Shown: positions 16,415 to 26,843 of the stretch, one piece after another
Layout of the letters: each line of letters starts with the position of its first letter
Position numbering within the stretch: position 1 is the stretch's first letter
Source: an uncultured Verrucomicrobiae bacterium
Lineage (GTDB): Bacteria; Verrucomicrobiota; Verrucomicrobiia; Chthoniobacterales; Chthoniobacteraceae
Direction: 5' to 3'
Length of the DNA stretch: 64,000 nucleotides
NCBI GenBank assembly: GCA_963769025.1
Contig: CAVYKI010000012.1
Location: forward strand, 288,001-352,000
Position numbers and translations under genes: made by a program
The notes under the pieces: generated by a model
Database searches by the model: none
What the model was told of the DNA's origin: nothing
What the model saw: only the letters and a program-made list of their open reading frames with translations

Positions 16415-17978
16415 TCAGGTCGTGCCGATGGCCGCTTCCATCAGCGTGTGCTCGGTCCACTCGGCGGCGGGGCGCACGGCGGCGAGTCTGCCGCGGCACA
16501 TCACGCCGATGGTGTCGCAGACACCGAGCAGTTCCGGGATGTAGCTGCTCACGAAAAGCACCGCCTTGCCCTGCGCCGCGAGTTCGCCGATCAGCCGGTA
16601 GATCTGCGCCTTGCTGCCGACATCGATGCCGCGCGTCGGCTCGTCGAGCAGCAGGATTTTCGCGTCGTGATGCAGCAGGCGGCCGAGCGCGATCTTCTGC
16701 TGGTTGCCGCCGGAGAGTTCGCCGACGGCCTGCTCCGGATCGCGGGCGCGGACGGACAGCTTGGAAATCCACTCGCGCGTCGCGCTGCGCTCGCGTCCGC
16801 GCAGGAGCCAGCCGGCGCGTGCGATCGGGCGCGTCGCGGTGAGATTTTCCGTGAGCGAACGCCGGAGCATGAGCCCCTCCTCCTTGCGGTTCTCGCTCAG
16901 CAGTCCCACGCCCTGCGCGAGCCGCCGCGGCGGCGATGCGGAGGATTCCTCACGTCCAAAAATCGCGACGCGCTCCGCAGCCATCGCATCGAGCCCGAAG
17001 ATCCGCCGCAGCAGCTCCGTGCGCCCCGAGCCGACGAGCCCGAACAGGCCGAAAATCTCGCCGGCGCGGACGCCAAGGTAGGGCGCGCTCGCCGAGTCGC
17101 GCCCGATCTCCCGCTCTCGTCATGACTTCATTCCGGCTCGCGCTCCCGCTTCAAATGGGGCGCCTCGGCGAGGTCGCCCTACCATGCGCCGCCTCCACGC
17201 GCAGCACCACCTCCCCCATCGCATGCGCGATCCGCGGATACAGCTCGCTCACCTCGCGGCCCACCATGAGCCGGATGATGTCCGCCATCGGCGTCTCCGC
17301 GAGCGCGCCGGTGCCCACGCTCTCGCCGTCGCGCAGCACGGTGAAGCGGTCGCACACGCGCCGGCATTCCTCGAGGAAATGGCTGATGTAAATCACGCTC
17401 ACGCCGCGCGCCTTCAGCCGCGCGATGACGGCGAAGAGCCGCTCCGCGTCCGCCTGCGTGAGGCTGCTCGTCGGCTCGTCGAAAATCATCACGCGCGGCT
17501 CGCCCGCGAGCGCGCGGGCGATTTCCACGAGCTGCTGCTCCGCGATGGAAAGCGAGCGCACCGGCGCATCCGGCGGCAGGTCGCCGTGGCCGAGTTCCGC
17601 GAGCGCGCGCCGCGCCGTGTCGCGCATCGCGCCGCGCCGCAGCCAGCCGAGGCTTCCGAGATACGAAGGCTCCGCGCCGAGCACGATGTTCTCGGCCACG
17701 CTCAAATCCGGCGCGAGGTTCAGCTCCTGGTAAATCATCGCCACGCCCGCGCGCCGCGCCTCGTGCGGATTGCGCGGCGCAAACGGCGCGCCGTCCAGCA
17801 TGATGCGCCCCGCGTCCGCCTCGTGCGCGCCGCTGAGGATTTTCATCAGCGTGCTCTTCCCCGCGCCATTCTCGCCGATGAGCGCATGCACCTCGCCCTC
17901 GCCGACGCCCAGCGAAACGCCCCGCAGCGCGGCAGTCGCACCGAAGGATTTCTGAACTCCGTCGAGCGTCAGTCGCAT
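16415..17978 (-). pseudogene. Sugar ABC transporter ATP-binding protein (RbsA-like), interrupted at 17077-17183
   Basis: N-half has GENGAGKST and IFDEPT. C-half has VRAGEIFGLFGLVGSGRTE, LSGGNQQK and LLDEPTRG. A stop at 17151-17153 and a frame change coincide with a palindromic insertion. Confidence 0.8.
17077..17183. repeat. GTAG-type REP doublet (REPIN-like) inside the ABC ATPase gene
   Basis: Left arm GGTAGGGCGCGCTCGCCGAGTCGCGCCC (17077-17104); right arm GGGCGCCTCGGCGAGGTCGCCCTACC (17158-17183), inverted. Confidence 0.8.
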
Positions 17979-18035
17979 CACTTCAAAAAGGCAAATTCCT
18001 CTGCTTCCGGGTCAGGTGATTTTGTCTCGGCGCGG

Positions 18036-18380
18036 TCAGCCTCGTGCGGATTGAAGAAAGGTGCCGAGCCGCTGGAGCAAACGCGCGTGGCGCTCGGATG
18101 AGATGGAGCCGAGAACACCGAGCAAGCGGTCGGCAGGAAGAACGACGAGATAGCCGAGACGGATGAGCGAAAGAGCCTTGAGTCCGCTGCCACGAAAATC
18201 GGGGTGCGATGGTCCGATGGTTTCGTCGAAGCCGACGGCCTCCTGTTGGAGTTGGGTGCTGACGCCGCAAACGAGCCAGTCGCCGAATGGAGGCATCTGG
18301 CGAAGCAGAACCGCCGGTCTCGGTTTCGTGCGTCCGTCTGCCTGCGGGAGTGCCGTGAGCGCGACATCCCCCTCGGTCAT
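18036..18380 (-). CDS. PemK/MazF-family toxin
   Basis: GDVALTALPQADGRTKPRPAVLL, SGLK..SLIRL. 4-bp overlap with the upstream small gene. Confidence 0.85.
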   Translation of the reverse strand: MTEGDVALTALPQADGRTKPRPAVLLRQMPPFGDWLVCGVSTQLQQEAVGFDETIGPSHPDFRGSGLKALSLIRLGYLVVLPADRLLGVLGSISSERHARLLQRLGTFLQSARG

Positions 18381-18601
18381 GGCCGGAGATCGTCCAGCGT
18401 GTATTCTGGTTCGTCGTCACCGTAGGCCCGGGCGAGGCTCTGGGCGCTGAGGGCTGCCCACTCCGCGCGCTCGGCGTCATGCTCGGGCGTGGCCGGGGAA
18501 AGCACAGTCACCGCCAGAGGAGCGTTCGGCGCAAGCTCGAACGGCTCGTCGAGCACGATGTGCTCACCGTCGTAGTGGGCTTTGAGAATCACGGATGGCA
18601 T
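18377..18601 (-). CDS. Putative antitoxin (DUF104/AF2212-like N-terminus)
   Basis: LKAHYDGEHIVLDEPFEL, acidic tail LARAYGDDEPEY, translationally coupled to the toxin. Confidence 0.75.
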   Translation of the reverse strand: MPSVILKAHYDGEHIVLDEPFELAPNAPLAVTVLSPATPEHDAERAEWAALSAQSLARAYGDDEPEYTLDDLRP

Positions 18602-18813
18602 GGCGAAGAAATACGCCGGCGTGTGGTTTTGAGCAAGAGCGCGAAACTTCGTTGATTCTTAGCGGGGCTGCCGCGATGATTATTCCACAGTCCGGGGGCT
18701 AATTCCTCTCCCAACGCGCAAGCGGTGGTGATGAACCCCCGGTCTTTTTTTTGTACTTTTCACTCTGAGGATGGCTCATCGCGTGATGGGCGCGATCCGT
18801 AGGTTCAGCTCAA

Positions 18814-19350
18814 TCATCTTGTCCTTTTCGGCCAAGAAACATCCTTGAGTGGAACCCCCTCGCTTTTCAACCGCTCGTGCATCACACGCAGCTTTTCCCG
18901 GTTCTCAGGCGTGTCCCCTTCTCGCTGAAATACGTCGCTGAGAATTGCGCCGTGCAACTCGTAATATTCATGCATCTCACGACAGAACGCCGCATCCGCC
19001 CCAGTGAGTCGGGTGTAATTCTTCAAGCGCTCCTTCGAGCCATTAGCGCCAGTGCGTTCGTAGTTCGCCGCAGGGCGAAAGTAGTCAGCGTGTTCCTGCC
19101 CTTTTGTGAGACCCAGATCACCCATGATGTGCAAGGGTGCGCCATCTTTTCCGATTAGGATTTGGCCGTCTTTGGTAAGTGTGTCCATCCTGCCGTAAAC
19201 CCACACCCAAGCACCGTTGTGCATGGCCTCATATTGTTCCTTCTTTGTGGCTAGTGACGGCATTTGCTGGGTGGCGGCACGCTTGCACGATGGGAAAAAT
19301 ATTCCGGCAAGCACGCAGAGTAGAAGCATACGGAGTTTCATGGTTGGCAT
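18814..19350 (-). CDS. Hypothetical lipoprotein
   Basis: MKLRMLLLCVLAGIFFPSC lipoprotein-like signal; visibly lower GC than the flanks. Confidence 0.65.
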   Translation of the reverse strand: MPTMKLRMLLLCVLAGIFFPSCKRAATQQMPSLATKKEQYEAMHNGAWVWVYGRMDTLTKDGQILIGKDGAPLHIMGDLGLTKGQEHADYFRPAANYERTGANGSKERLKNYTRLTGADAAFCREMHEYYELHGAILSDVFQREGDTPENREKLRVMHERLKSEGVPLKDVSWPKRTR

Positions 19351-19387
19351 TTAGCGGTTTCCTACTTTCGCTGATCCAGCGCGACGT

Positions 19388-20363
19388 TCATTTCAAATAC
19401 TTCTCCAGCGGCGGGCGGAGGAGTTCGGCGTTCGCGGGGTCGGCGATGTTTTCCTTCGTCACGACGACCACGCCGGTGTCGATGCGTTTCTCGACGGGCT
19501 TGCCTTGCAGGTGCGCGACGAGCGCCTTGAGCGCGTCGCCGCCGATGCGCATCGGGTTTTGCAGCACGAGGCCCTGCACGTCGCCCTTTTCGAGATCGGC
19601 GACGCTCTGCGTGCCCGCGTCGAAGCCGATGATTTTCACCTGCCCGCCGGCGCGTCCGATTTCGCGGATGGCCTTCGTCACCGCGGTCGTCACCGGCTCG
19701 CACGGGCAGAAGATGCCGTCCACTTCCTTGCCGAAACGGTTCAGGATGTTTTGCGCCTTCGCGTAGGCGCTCTCGCGCGTGGAGCCGGAGTATTGGTCGC
19801 TGGAGATGATCTGGATGCCGGGGGATTTTTTCATCGCGTCGAGGAATCCGGCCTCGCGCTCCTCGGTGCTGTTCGAGCCGACCATGTAGCGCAGGAGGAT
19901 GACTTTGCCCTTTCCGCCGAGCTGCTTCGCGAGCGCCTCGCCGCCGAGCTGGCCGCCCTTGAAATTGTCCGTGGCGACGTAGCTCACGATCTGCTCGGTC
20001 TTCACGCCGCTGTCGAAGACGACGACGGGCACCTTCGCCTTCACGGCGGAATTCACGGGCCGCACGAGCGCCTGCGAATCGAGCGGCGCGAGGCAGATGC
20101 CGCTGACCTTGCGCGCGGTGAAATTTTCCACGAGCGCGATCTGCTGGTCGCGGTCGTCCTCCTTGAGCGGGCCCTTCCACACGAGGTCCACGGTGATGCC
20201 CTCGGCCTTCAGCTCCTCGACCGCGCGCAGCCCGCCGGCGTGGACGCTTTTCCAGAACTCATGCGTGGTGCCCTTGGGGATCATCGCGATGGTGTATTTT
20301 TCCGCGGCGAAAGTGACGGCGGCGAGAGACAGGAGGGCGGCGAGAGTCGGGGAGGAACTTCAT
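19388..20363 (-). CDS. Sugar ABC transporter substrate-binding protein (1-bp frameshift in the signal peptide)
   Basis: IPKGTTHEFWKSVHAG, VATDNFKGG, IIGFDA, LQNP. Removing one G from GGGG at 20349-20352 restores MKFLPTLAALLSLAAVTFA|AEKYTIAMIPK. Confidence 0.88.
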
Positions 20364-20510
20364 GCGCGCGGTTGTATTCGGGCCACCCGCATGCGGCAAG
20401 CCGGTGGAACGCATGTTTCACCGCACACATTTTCCGATTGTTGCGCCTCTGGAAAAAGAGCTTGCCGTGGAAGCCGCGCCCCGTAATTTCCGCACCCCGC
20501 AAACGGACAA

Positions 20511-20585
20511 TCCGGAGTAGCTCAATGGTAGAGCACGCGACTGTTAATCGTGTGGTTGTAGGTTCGAGTCCTACCTCCGGAGCCA
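20511..20585 (+). tRNA. tRNA-Asn(GTT)
   Basis: TCCGGAG acceptor stem, TAGCTCAATGGTAGAGC D-arm, CTGTTAA anticodon loop, GGTTCGAGTCC T-arm, encoded CCA. Confidence 0.97.
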
Positions 20586-20625
20586 TGCGGTTCACCTCAG
20601 GCAGAGAGCCACCGAGGGATTGGGC

Positions 20626-22251
20626 TCAGTCGTTGGGAACAGTCACGGTGACGACGTTGGAAACGCCGGTTCCCTGCGGCCCCTGCGGCGTCGGTTTCAG
20701 GGCGTAAACGCGGTAGCGCCAGGCGGTGCCTGCGCCGGGTTTCGTGTCGGTGGCGCGCACAATATTTTCCCCGGGCAGACCGATGAGATTTTGGAATTCG
20801 GTGCCCGGTTCGGCGGGAGCCCGCTGGACGATGAAGAACCGCTCACCGACCGCATTGTCCACCCACTGCAGCTCGACGCCGGCCGCGCTCGCGCGGACAA
20901 CCCGCAAGTCGCTGGGGGCATCAGGCGAATCGGCACCGGGGACCGGAGCGCCGCCACCGTTGCCCGCCGGCTGTTTCGGCGTCGGGCGCTCGCCCGGCTG
21001 TTCGAGTTGGGCGCGGGCCAGGTCGTAGCGTTTCCGGATGAAGCTTTCCATCGACGCGATGACATCCCGGTAACTGGTATCGCTGGGAACGGTGACGCGT
21101 CCTTTTGGAAACGGATCCTTTTGGAGATCGCCCTCGATCGGTGCGTAGAGCGCGTGGAGTTTGGGGATCAGGATTTCCGGCCGGAAATATTTTTCGAGGA
21201 TGACGCCGGCATCGCGGCGATAGCGGGCGAGCAGCTCCGGCTGGGTAACGATGTGTTCGAGAAGCGGACGGCCGGAAACGGGCGTCGGCCACGCAGCATG
21301 CCAGCCATCCAGCACGGGTATCCGTCCGAATGCCTGATCCGCAAATCCCACATCCAAGTCCCATGGGAGGTAGGTCCAGCGCTGATCGGCGGGATTGCGG
21401 TAGAGATAGTAGTTGTGCGGGCCCCAGCCGGTAAGCTGGTCAAAAGCGCCCGAGAGCAGCAGCACCGCGGTCGTTTTGATGAAGGCGTCCAGATCGAGCA
21501 CGCGCTCGAGCTCGACCGCGGTGCCGGGCGGCTCGGGATTGAGCGTGCGAATGAACTCCGCCAACTGAGCGAACGCATCCGCGCCGGCTTTCGTCTCCAG
21601 CTCGAAAGTTTTCTCGTAGTCCTTTGGATCACCCGCCGGCCGCAAGTCGGCACCCGGCCCGCCTTCGTGGACCTTGAACAACGGGCCGGTCGCTGCGCCG
21701 AAATTCTGCTCGAGGAAAGTTTCATCCAGCCGCTCCACGTTCACATGCACGCCGAGGTATTCGCCGTTGAGATAGACCTTCGCGTGGTTGCAGCGCGAAG
21801 CGTTGACGCCGAGGTCGCGCAGAATGTCGGTGATCAGGCGTTCGCTGAAGAGGCTCCCGAACTGGATTCCATTGTCGAGGGCGACGCGTCGCAAACCGAG
21901 GAAGCGCTGCGCTTTCGTGAACTCGCCGAATTTGATCAGGAAGCTGCGTTTGTGCGGCGACTGCGGCTGGGACGAGCTGTTGCCCTTGTAACGAATTCCC
22001 ACGTTCGAGATGACCCGATCATTCCAGCGAAACGTGCCCGGGACGTAAATGCGCTCCGGCAGGGCGTCCTTGAGCTTGCGCAGATTCTCCGGCGCGATCT
22101 CGAGGTGAATCGTCTGCACCGTTTCCGGCGCGTAGAACTCGGCCTGCTTTGGTTGGCCGGCTTCGGCGCGGCACGCCGGACCGGCGAGCAGAAAGGTCAG
22201 GACGGCCAGGCCTTTGCTGGCGGAGGAGAGGAAAGCGAACGGGGTTTTCAC
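20626..22251 (-). CDS. CotH kinase-family protein with a C-terminal fibronectin type III-like domain
   Basis: VGIRYKGNSS, KRSFLIKF, YLNGEYLG, HNYYLY, PWDLD; APSDLRV...LQW...YRYRVYA-type tail. Start approximate. Confidence 0.85.
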   Translation of the reverse strand: MKTPFAFLSSASKGLAVLTFLLAGPACRAEAGQPKQAEFYAPETVQTIHLEIAPENLRKLKDALPERIYVPGTFRWNDRVISNVGIRYKGNSSSQPQSPHKRSFLIKFGEFTKAQRFLGLRRVALDNGIQFGSLFSERLITDILRDLGVNASRCNHAKVYLNGEYLGVHVNVERLDETFLEQNFGAATGPLFKVHEGGPGADLRPAGDPKDYEKTFELETKAGADAFAQLAEFIRTLNPEPPGTAVELERVLDLDAFIKTTAVLLLSGAFDQLTGWGPHNYYLYRNPADQRWTYLPWDLDVGFADQAFGRIPVLDGWHAAWPTPVSGRPLLEHIVTQPELLARYRRDAGVILEKYFRPEILIPKLHALYAPIEGDLQKDPFPKGRVTVPSDTSYRDVIASMESFIRKRYDLARAQLEQPGERPTPKQPAGNGGGAPVPGADSPDAPSDLRVVRASAAGVELQWVDNAVGERFFIVQRAPAEPGTEFQNLIGLPGENIVRATDTKPGAGTAWRYRVYALKPTPQGPQGTGVSNVVTVTVPND

Positions 22252-22457
22252 TGGAGCGCGTTCCAACCCCGTTGGCCGGCGTTCGTTGCCGCATTTAAAG
22301 TTCTGCAGCGAATCGCATCGCCGTTCCGCTTTGGAAATCGTTTGCCGCAGATATGGCGAATAGCATCTACGGCAGGGTTCATCCGTTCGACAGGGAGCAG
22401 CCGGTCCGGCTGAAAATCGCGGTTTGCCTTGCCGCCGGAGCGGGGCATTTTGCGGCC

Positions 22458-22904
22458 ATGAATACGCTCCTCCCGGTCATCGCGGCTCTCGCCATTGCCG
22501 CAAACCTGCCGCTCGCGGCGCAGGTGATCCCGACGACGCCGAAGAAATTCGATACGCGCGGACTTGGAGACGCACAGGGGACGAATTCGGTGGGATTCAC
22601 GAAGGCGCCCCCGCAGATCGCTGTGAAGACGACCACGCGCATCGTGCTCGGGGAACCGCGGCAGTGGAAGATGAGCGACGGGAAGTTTTTCGTGGGAAAG
22701 CTGATCGCGTTTGAGGACATCGTGACCGACGGAAATGCCGGGACAGCGGCTCCGGTCGTGCCGAAGCATCCGACCGTGGTGCGCGACGGAAAAGCGCGCG
22801 TCCTCGTGAACTCGAAGCCCTACGAGATCGCGCTGGATCGGCTCGGCCCCGAAGAACGGAAATTCATCGAGGACACGCGGGCGGCGATTGCGGCGAAGAA
22901 GTAG
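22458..22904 (+). CDS. Secreted hypothetical protein, SHD1-like domain
   Basis: Signal peptide; RQWKMSDGKFFVGKLI ... IALDRLGPEERKFI pattern. Confidence 0.7.
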   Translation: MNTLLPVIAALAIAANLPLAAQVIPTTPKKFDTRGLGDAQGTNSVGFTKAPPQIAVKTTTRIVLGEPRQWKMSDGKFFVGKLIAFEDIVTDGNAGTAAPVVPKHPTVVRDGKARVLVNSKPYEIALDRLGPEERKFIEDTRAAIAAKK

Positions 22905-22955
22905 GTTGGCGTCGCGCCGCGGGAACCGCTAGCAGGGCGGGCGTCCATTTTCCCC

Positions 22956-24296
22956 ATGAGCAACGACCGCCTCCCGCCGCAGACAAAATACATCGTCGGA
23001 AACGAGGCGTGCGAGCGGCTGAGCTACTACGGGGTCGTCGCGATCCTCACCACCTACGCCGCGATGCTGTTTGGCGACGTGGCCGGCGCGACCGACCTCG
23101 CAAAGGACGCCGCCAGGCAGGAGGCGAAGGAGGTCGTGCATTGGTGGAAATTCGCCACGTATTTCCTGCCGCTGGCCGGCGCATTCATCGCGGATCGTTT
23201 CTGGGGCCGCTACAAGACGATCCTCCTCATCTCTTTCGCCTACTGCGCGGGTCACGGGCTGATGTCGGCGACGGAGGGGACAAAGTGGGGTCTTTTCGCG
23301 GGGCTTGCGCTGCTCGCGATTGGCTCGGGCGGCATCAAGCCGTGCGTGTCGGCGTTTGTGGGCGATCAGTTCAAGCCCGGGCAGGAGCGCCAGATGACGA
23401 CGGTTTATGGGCTCTTCTATTGGAGCATCAACTTCGGGAGCTTCTTCTCGTTCGCCGTGATTCCCGTGCTGAAGGATCATTTCGGCTACGCCGTGGCGTT
23501 CGCGGTTCCAGGCGCATTCATGCTGCTCGCCACGCTCGTTTTCTGGATGGGCCGGAAGCACTACGTGATGAAGCCGCCCTCGGCCACGCTCGCGCCGGTG
23601 GACGCAGCGACGAAGACGGAGGATCGGAAGACGCTCTGGAGCATCATAGCGATCTTTGCGCCGGTGACGGTGTTCTGGGCGTTGTTTGATCAGCAGCACA
23701 CGACGTGGGTGCAGCAGGGCAATCAGATGGTGACGGGGACGATCGGCAGCTACAACGTCACGGGCGAGCGGATGCAATCGGTGAACCCGCTCTACGTGAT
23801 GACGCTCATCCCGATCTTCACGCTGTGGCTGTATCCCGCGCTGGAGCGCTGGGGATTGAAACCGACGCCGTTGCGCCGGATGGGCGCGGGAATGGTGCTC
23901 GCGGCGGCCGGGTTTGCGATTTCCGCGATCCTCCAGCAACAGATCGAGGCCGGAGCGAAGCTCAGCATTTGGTGGCAACTCCTCCCCTACGGCGTGATGA
24001 CGGCGGCGGAGGTGCTCATCTCGACGACAGGCCTGGAGTTCGCGTTCACGGTCGCGCCGGCGCGGCTCAAGAGCACGATCATGAGTTTCTGGCTGCTGAC
24101 GGTGGCGTTCGGAAACATGCTGGCGGCGCAAGTCACCGCGCTGAACAAGGTGACGAATGCCGCGGGCGAAACGGTGCGGCGCTTGTCCGCTTCGGAGGAG
24201 ATGTTTGCCTACGTCGGCCTGATGCTCGTGGTCGCGGGCATCTTTGCAGCCATCGCGCGAAAATTTCCTGAGCGCACAGCGGAGGCGCAAAGATGA
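22956..24296 (+). CDS. POT/PTR2 proton-dependent oligopeptide transporter
   Basis: GNEACERLSYYG, GGIKPCVSAFVGDQF, FYWSINFGS, FWALFDQ, GLEFAFTVAP. Confidence 0.93.
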   Translation: MSNDRLPPQTKYIVGNEACERLSYYGVVAILTTYAAMLFGDVAGATDLAKDAARQEAKEVVHWWKFATYFLPLAGAFIADRFWGRYKTILLISFAYCAGHGLMSATEGTKWGLFAGLALLAIGSGGIKPCVSAFVGDQFKPGQERQMTTVYGLFYWSINFGSFFSFAVIPVLKDHFGYAVAFAVPGAFMLLATLVFWMGRKHYVMKPPSATLAPVDAATKTEDRKTLWSIIAIFAPVTVFWALFDQQHTTWVQQGNQMVTGTIGSYNVTGERMQSVNPLYVMTLIPIFTLWLYPALERWGLKPTPLRRMGAGMVLAAAGFAISAILQQQIEAGAKLSIWWQLLPYGVMTAAEVLISTTGLEFAFTVAPARLKSTIMSFWLLTVAFGNMLAAQVTALNKVTNAAGETVRRLSASEEMFAYVGLMLVVAGIFAAIARKFPERTAEAQR

Positions 24297-24324
24297 ACGC
24301 GCTGCGCATTCAGGCGCGAGCCCT

Positions 24325-24432
24325 TGGACTGCGGCGGCTTGCCGCCGCTTTGGGTGGCGAGCCTTGGCGAGCGCGGCCGGTCTTTCTCGGCAAGCCTCGG
24401 GATCAAAAGCGGCGGCAAGCCGCCGCAGTCCA
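24325..24432. repeat. REP-like doublet with a perfect 27-bp inverted repeat
   Basis: TGGACTGCGGCGGCTTGCCGCCGCTTT (24325-24351) and its exact reverse complement (24406-24432); each arm is itself palindromic. Confidence 0.85.
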
Positions 24433-24468
24433 GGACGCATGCACGCCTCGCTCTCACTTCCGACTCCC

Positions 24469-26614
24469 ATGAAATTTCTCCTTCTCATCGCCATGCTGAA
24501 TATCGCCGCAACCGCCGCCGACTGGCCGCGAATCATGTATCCGCCCACCCGCAAGGAGGACGTCACGGACGAATATCACGGCACGAAGATTACCGACCCG
24601 TACCGCTGGCTGGAGGATGACAATTCAGCCGAGACCAAGGCGTGGGTGACGGAGCAGAACCGGCTCACGTCCGCGTTCCTCGGGACCATCGCACGGCGCC
24701 CACAGATCCGCGCGCGGCTCGCGAAGCTCTGGAACTTCGAGCGCTACGGCGAGCCTTTCGAACGCGGCGGGCGCTACTTTTGGACTTACAACTCCGGCCT
24801 GCAAAACCAGCGGGTGCTCTATACCGCCGACAAGCTCGATGCGCCGCCGCGCGTGCTGCTCGACCCGAACACGCTCTCCGCCGACGGCACCGTGTCGCTG
24901 AAGGACACCGCGCCGAGCGAGGACGGCAAGCTGCTCGCGTACGGCCTCAGCCGCGCGGGCAGCGACTGGGAGGAATTCCGCGTGCGCGACACGGTGACCG
25001 GCAAGGATCGCGAGGACCTCATCCAGTGGGTGAAGTTCAGCGGCGCATCGTGGATGAAGGACGGCAGCGGGTTTTTCTACTCGCGCTTCGACGAGCCGAA
25101 GACGGGCGACGAACTGAAGGGCAAGGTGGAATTCCAGAAGCTCTACTTTCATAAACTCGGCACGCCGCAGAGCGCCGACACGCTCATCTACGAGCGAAAG
25201 GACCATGGCGATTGGGGCTTTCACGGCAGCGTCACCGACGACGGGCGCTGGCTCGTCATCCACGTGACTCAGGGCACGGACACGAAGAACCGTGTCTTCT
25301 ACAAGGACCTCACGCAGCCGGATGCGAAGGTCGTCGAGCTGCTGAACGACTTCGATGCGGACTACAGCTTCGTCGACAACGTGGGTCCCGTGTTCCTTTT
25401 CCAGACGGACCTCGACGCACCGCGTTACCGCGTAATCGCCGTGGACACGCGCACACCGCAGCGCGCGAACTGGCGCGAGCTGATCCCGCAGGCCGCCGAA
25501 AAACTCGACGGCGTCGGCAGTGTCGGCGGCAAACTTTTTTGCAAATATCTCAAGGACGCGCGAAGCGAGGTCCGCGTGTTCGCGCCAAAGGAGGATCGTG
25601 CCTCGCCACCCTCCGTCCTCAACGTCCAGCTGGAGCGCGCCCTCGTGCTTCCCGGCATCGGCACGGTGGGCGGTTTCGGCGGGCGGGCGGGCGACACGCA
25701 CACGTTCTTCAGCTTCGCGAGCTTCACCGAGCCTGGCGCGATTTACCGGCTCGAAGTGGCGACGCTAGAATACGCCGTGTGGAAAAAGCCGAAGGTGGAT
25801 TTCAAAAGCGCCGACTACGAGACGAAGCAGGTCTTCCTTCAGAGCAAGGACGGGACGCGCGTGCCGATGTTCATCACGCACAAGCGCGGTCTTGTGCTCG
25901 ACGGCAACGCGCCGGTGATCCTCTACGGCTACGGCGGGTTCAACATCTCGCTCACGCCCGCATTTTCCGTCTCGCGCGCCGTGTGGCTGGAAATGGGCGG
26001 CGTCTTCGCGGTGGCGAATCTCCGCGGCGGCGGCGAGTACGGAGCCGAGTGGCACAAGGCCGGCACGAAGCTGAAAAAGCAAAACGTCTTCGACGACTTC
26101 ATCGCCGCGGCCGAGTGGCTCATCTCGAACAAATATACGCGCGCCGGAAAAGCTCGCGATCCAGGGCGGCAGCAACGGCGGCCTGCTCGTCGGAGCGGCG
26201 ATGACGCAGCGCCCGGAACTTTTCGGGGCGGTCATTCCGGCCGTCGGCGTGATGGACATGCTGCGCTTCCACAAGTTCACCATCGGCTGGGCGTGGAAGA
26301 GCGACTACGGCAGCGCCGAAACCCAGGAAGATTTCAAGGCGCTGCTCGCCTACTCGCCGTACCACAACCTCAAGCCCGGCACGCGCTACCCCGCGACGCT
26401 CGTGATGACCGCCGACCACGACGACCGCGTCGTCCCCGCGCACAGCTTCAAGTTCGCCGCGCGCCTGCAGGAGTGCCAGGCCATCGGTGGTCCGCCTGTG
26501 ATGATCCGCATCGAGACGAGCGCGGGCCACGGCGCAGGAACCGCGCTCACCAAGGTGATGGACGAGACCGCCGACGCGTGGGCCTTCCTCACGAAGGTCC
26601 TCGCGATGCCGTAG
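24469..26614 (+). CDS. Prolyl oligopeptidase (S9A), secreted; 1-bp frameshift near 26140-26151
   Basis: [23 protein letters not shown]; then, in another frame, [20 protein letters not shown] and SAGHG (Ser-Asp-His triad). Confidence 0.9.
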
Positions 26615-26648
26615 CAGACGGCGGCAGGATGGCGGCCAGCGCCTCGAG

Positions 26649-26843
26649 TCATTTCCACGTCTCGTTGCCGACATACCCGATCTGCACGTAGAAAAACGGC
26701 GGCTCGGTGTTTTGCCGCTCGTAGATTTCCTTCACGTGCTCGCCTACGATGACCTCGTAGAAGTCCGGCGCAGCCGTCGCCTCGATGACCTCTCCATCGC
26801 GGCTGCCACCGATGAACTCAATGGGGAATGTGGTGTCGTACAT
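26649..26843 (-). CDS. Small hypothetical protein (64 aa)
   Basis: IEFIGGSRDGEVI motif, natural composition, GC3-rich codons. Confidence 0.6.
   Translation of the reverse strand: MYDTTFPIEFIGGSRDGEVIEATAAPDFYEVIVGEHVKEIYERQNTEPPFFYVQIGYVGNETWK

Noticed and set aside
20511..22300. Genomic island integrated at tRNA-Asn
   Set aside because: No integrase seen, and no duplicate of the tRNA 3' end noticed in the window.
26130..26160. Programmed ribosomal frameshift in the prolyl oligopeptidase
   Set aside because: No precedent known to me for this family, and similar indels occur throughout the window; sequencing error is more parsimonious.
24244..26691. 815-aa ORF as given, with an Arg-rich C-terminus
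   Set aside because: The N-terminal extension is REP read-through and the C-terminus is out of frame; the catalytic GGSNGG is in another frame.
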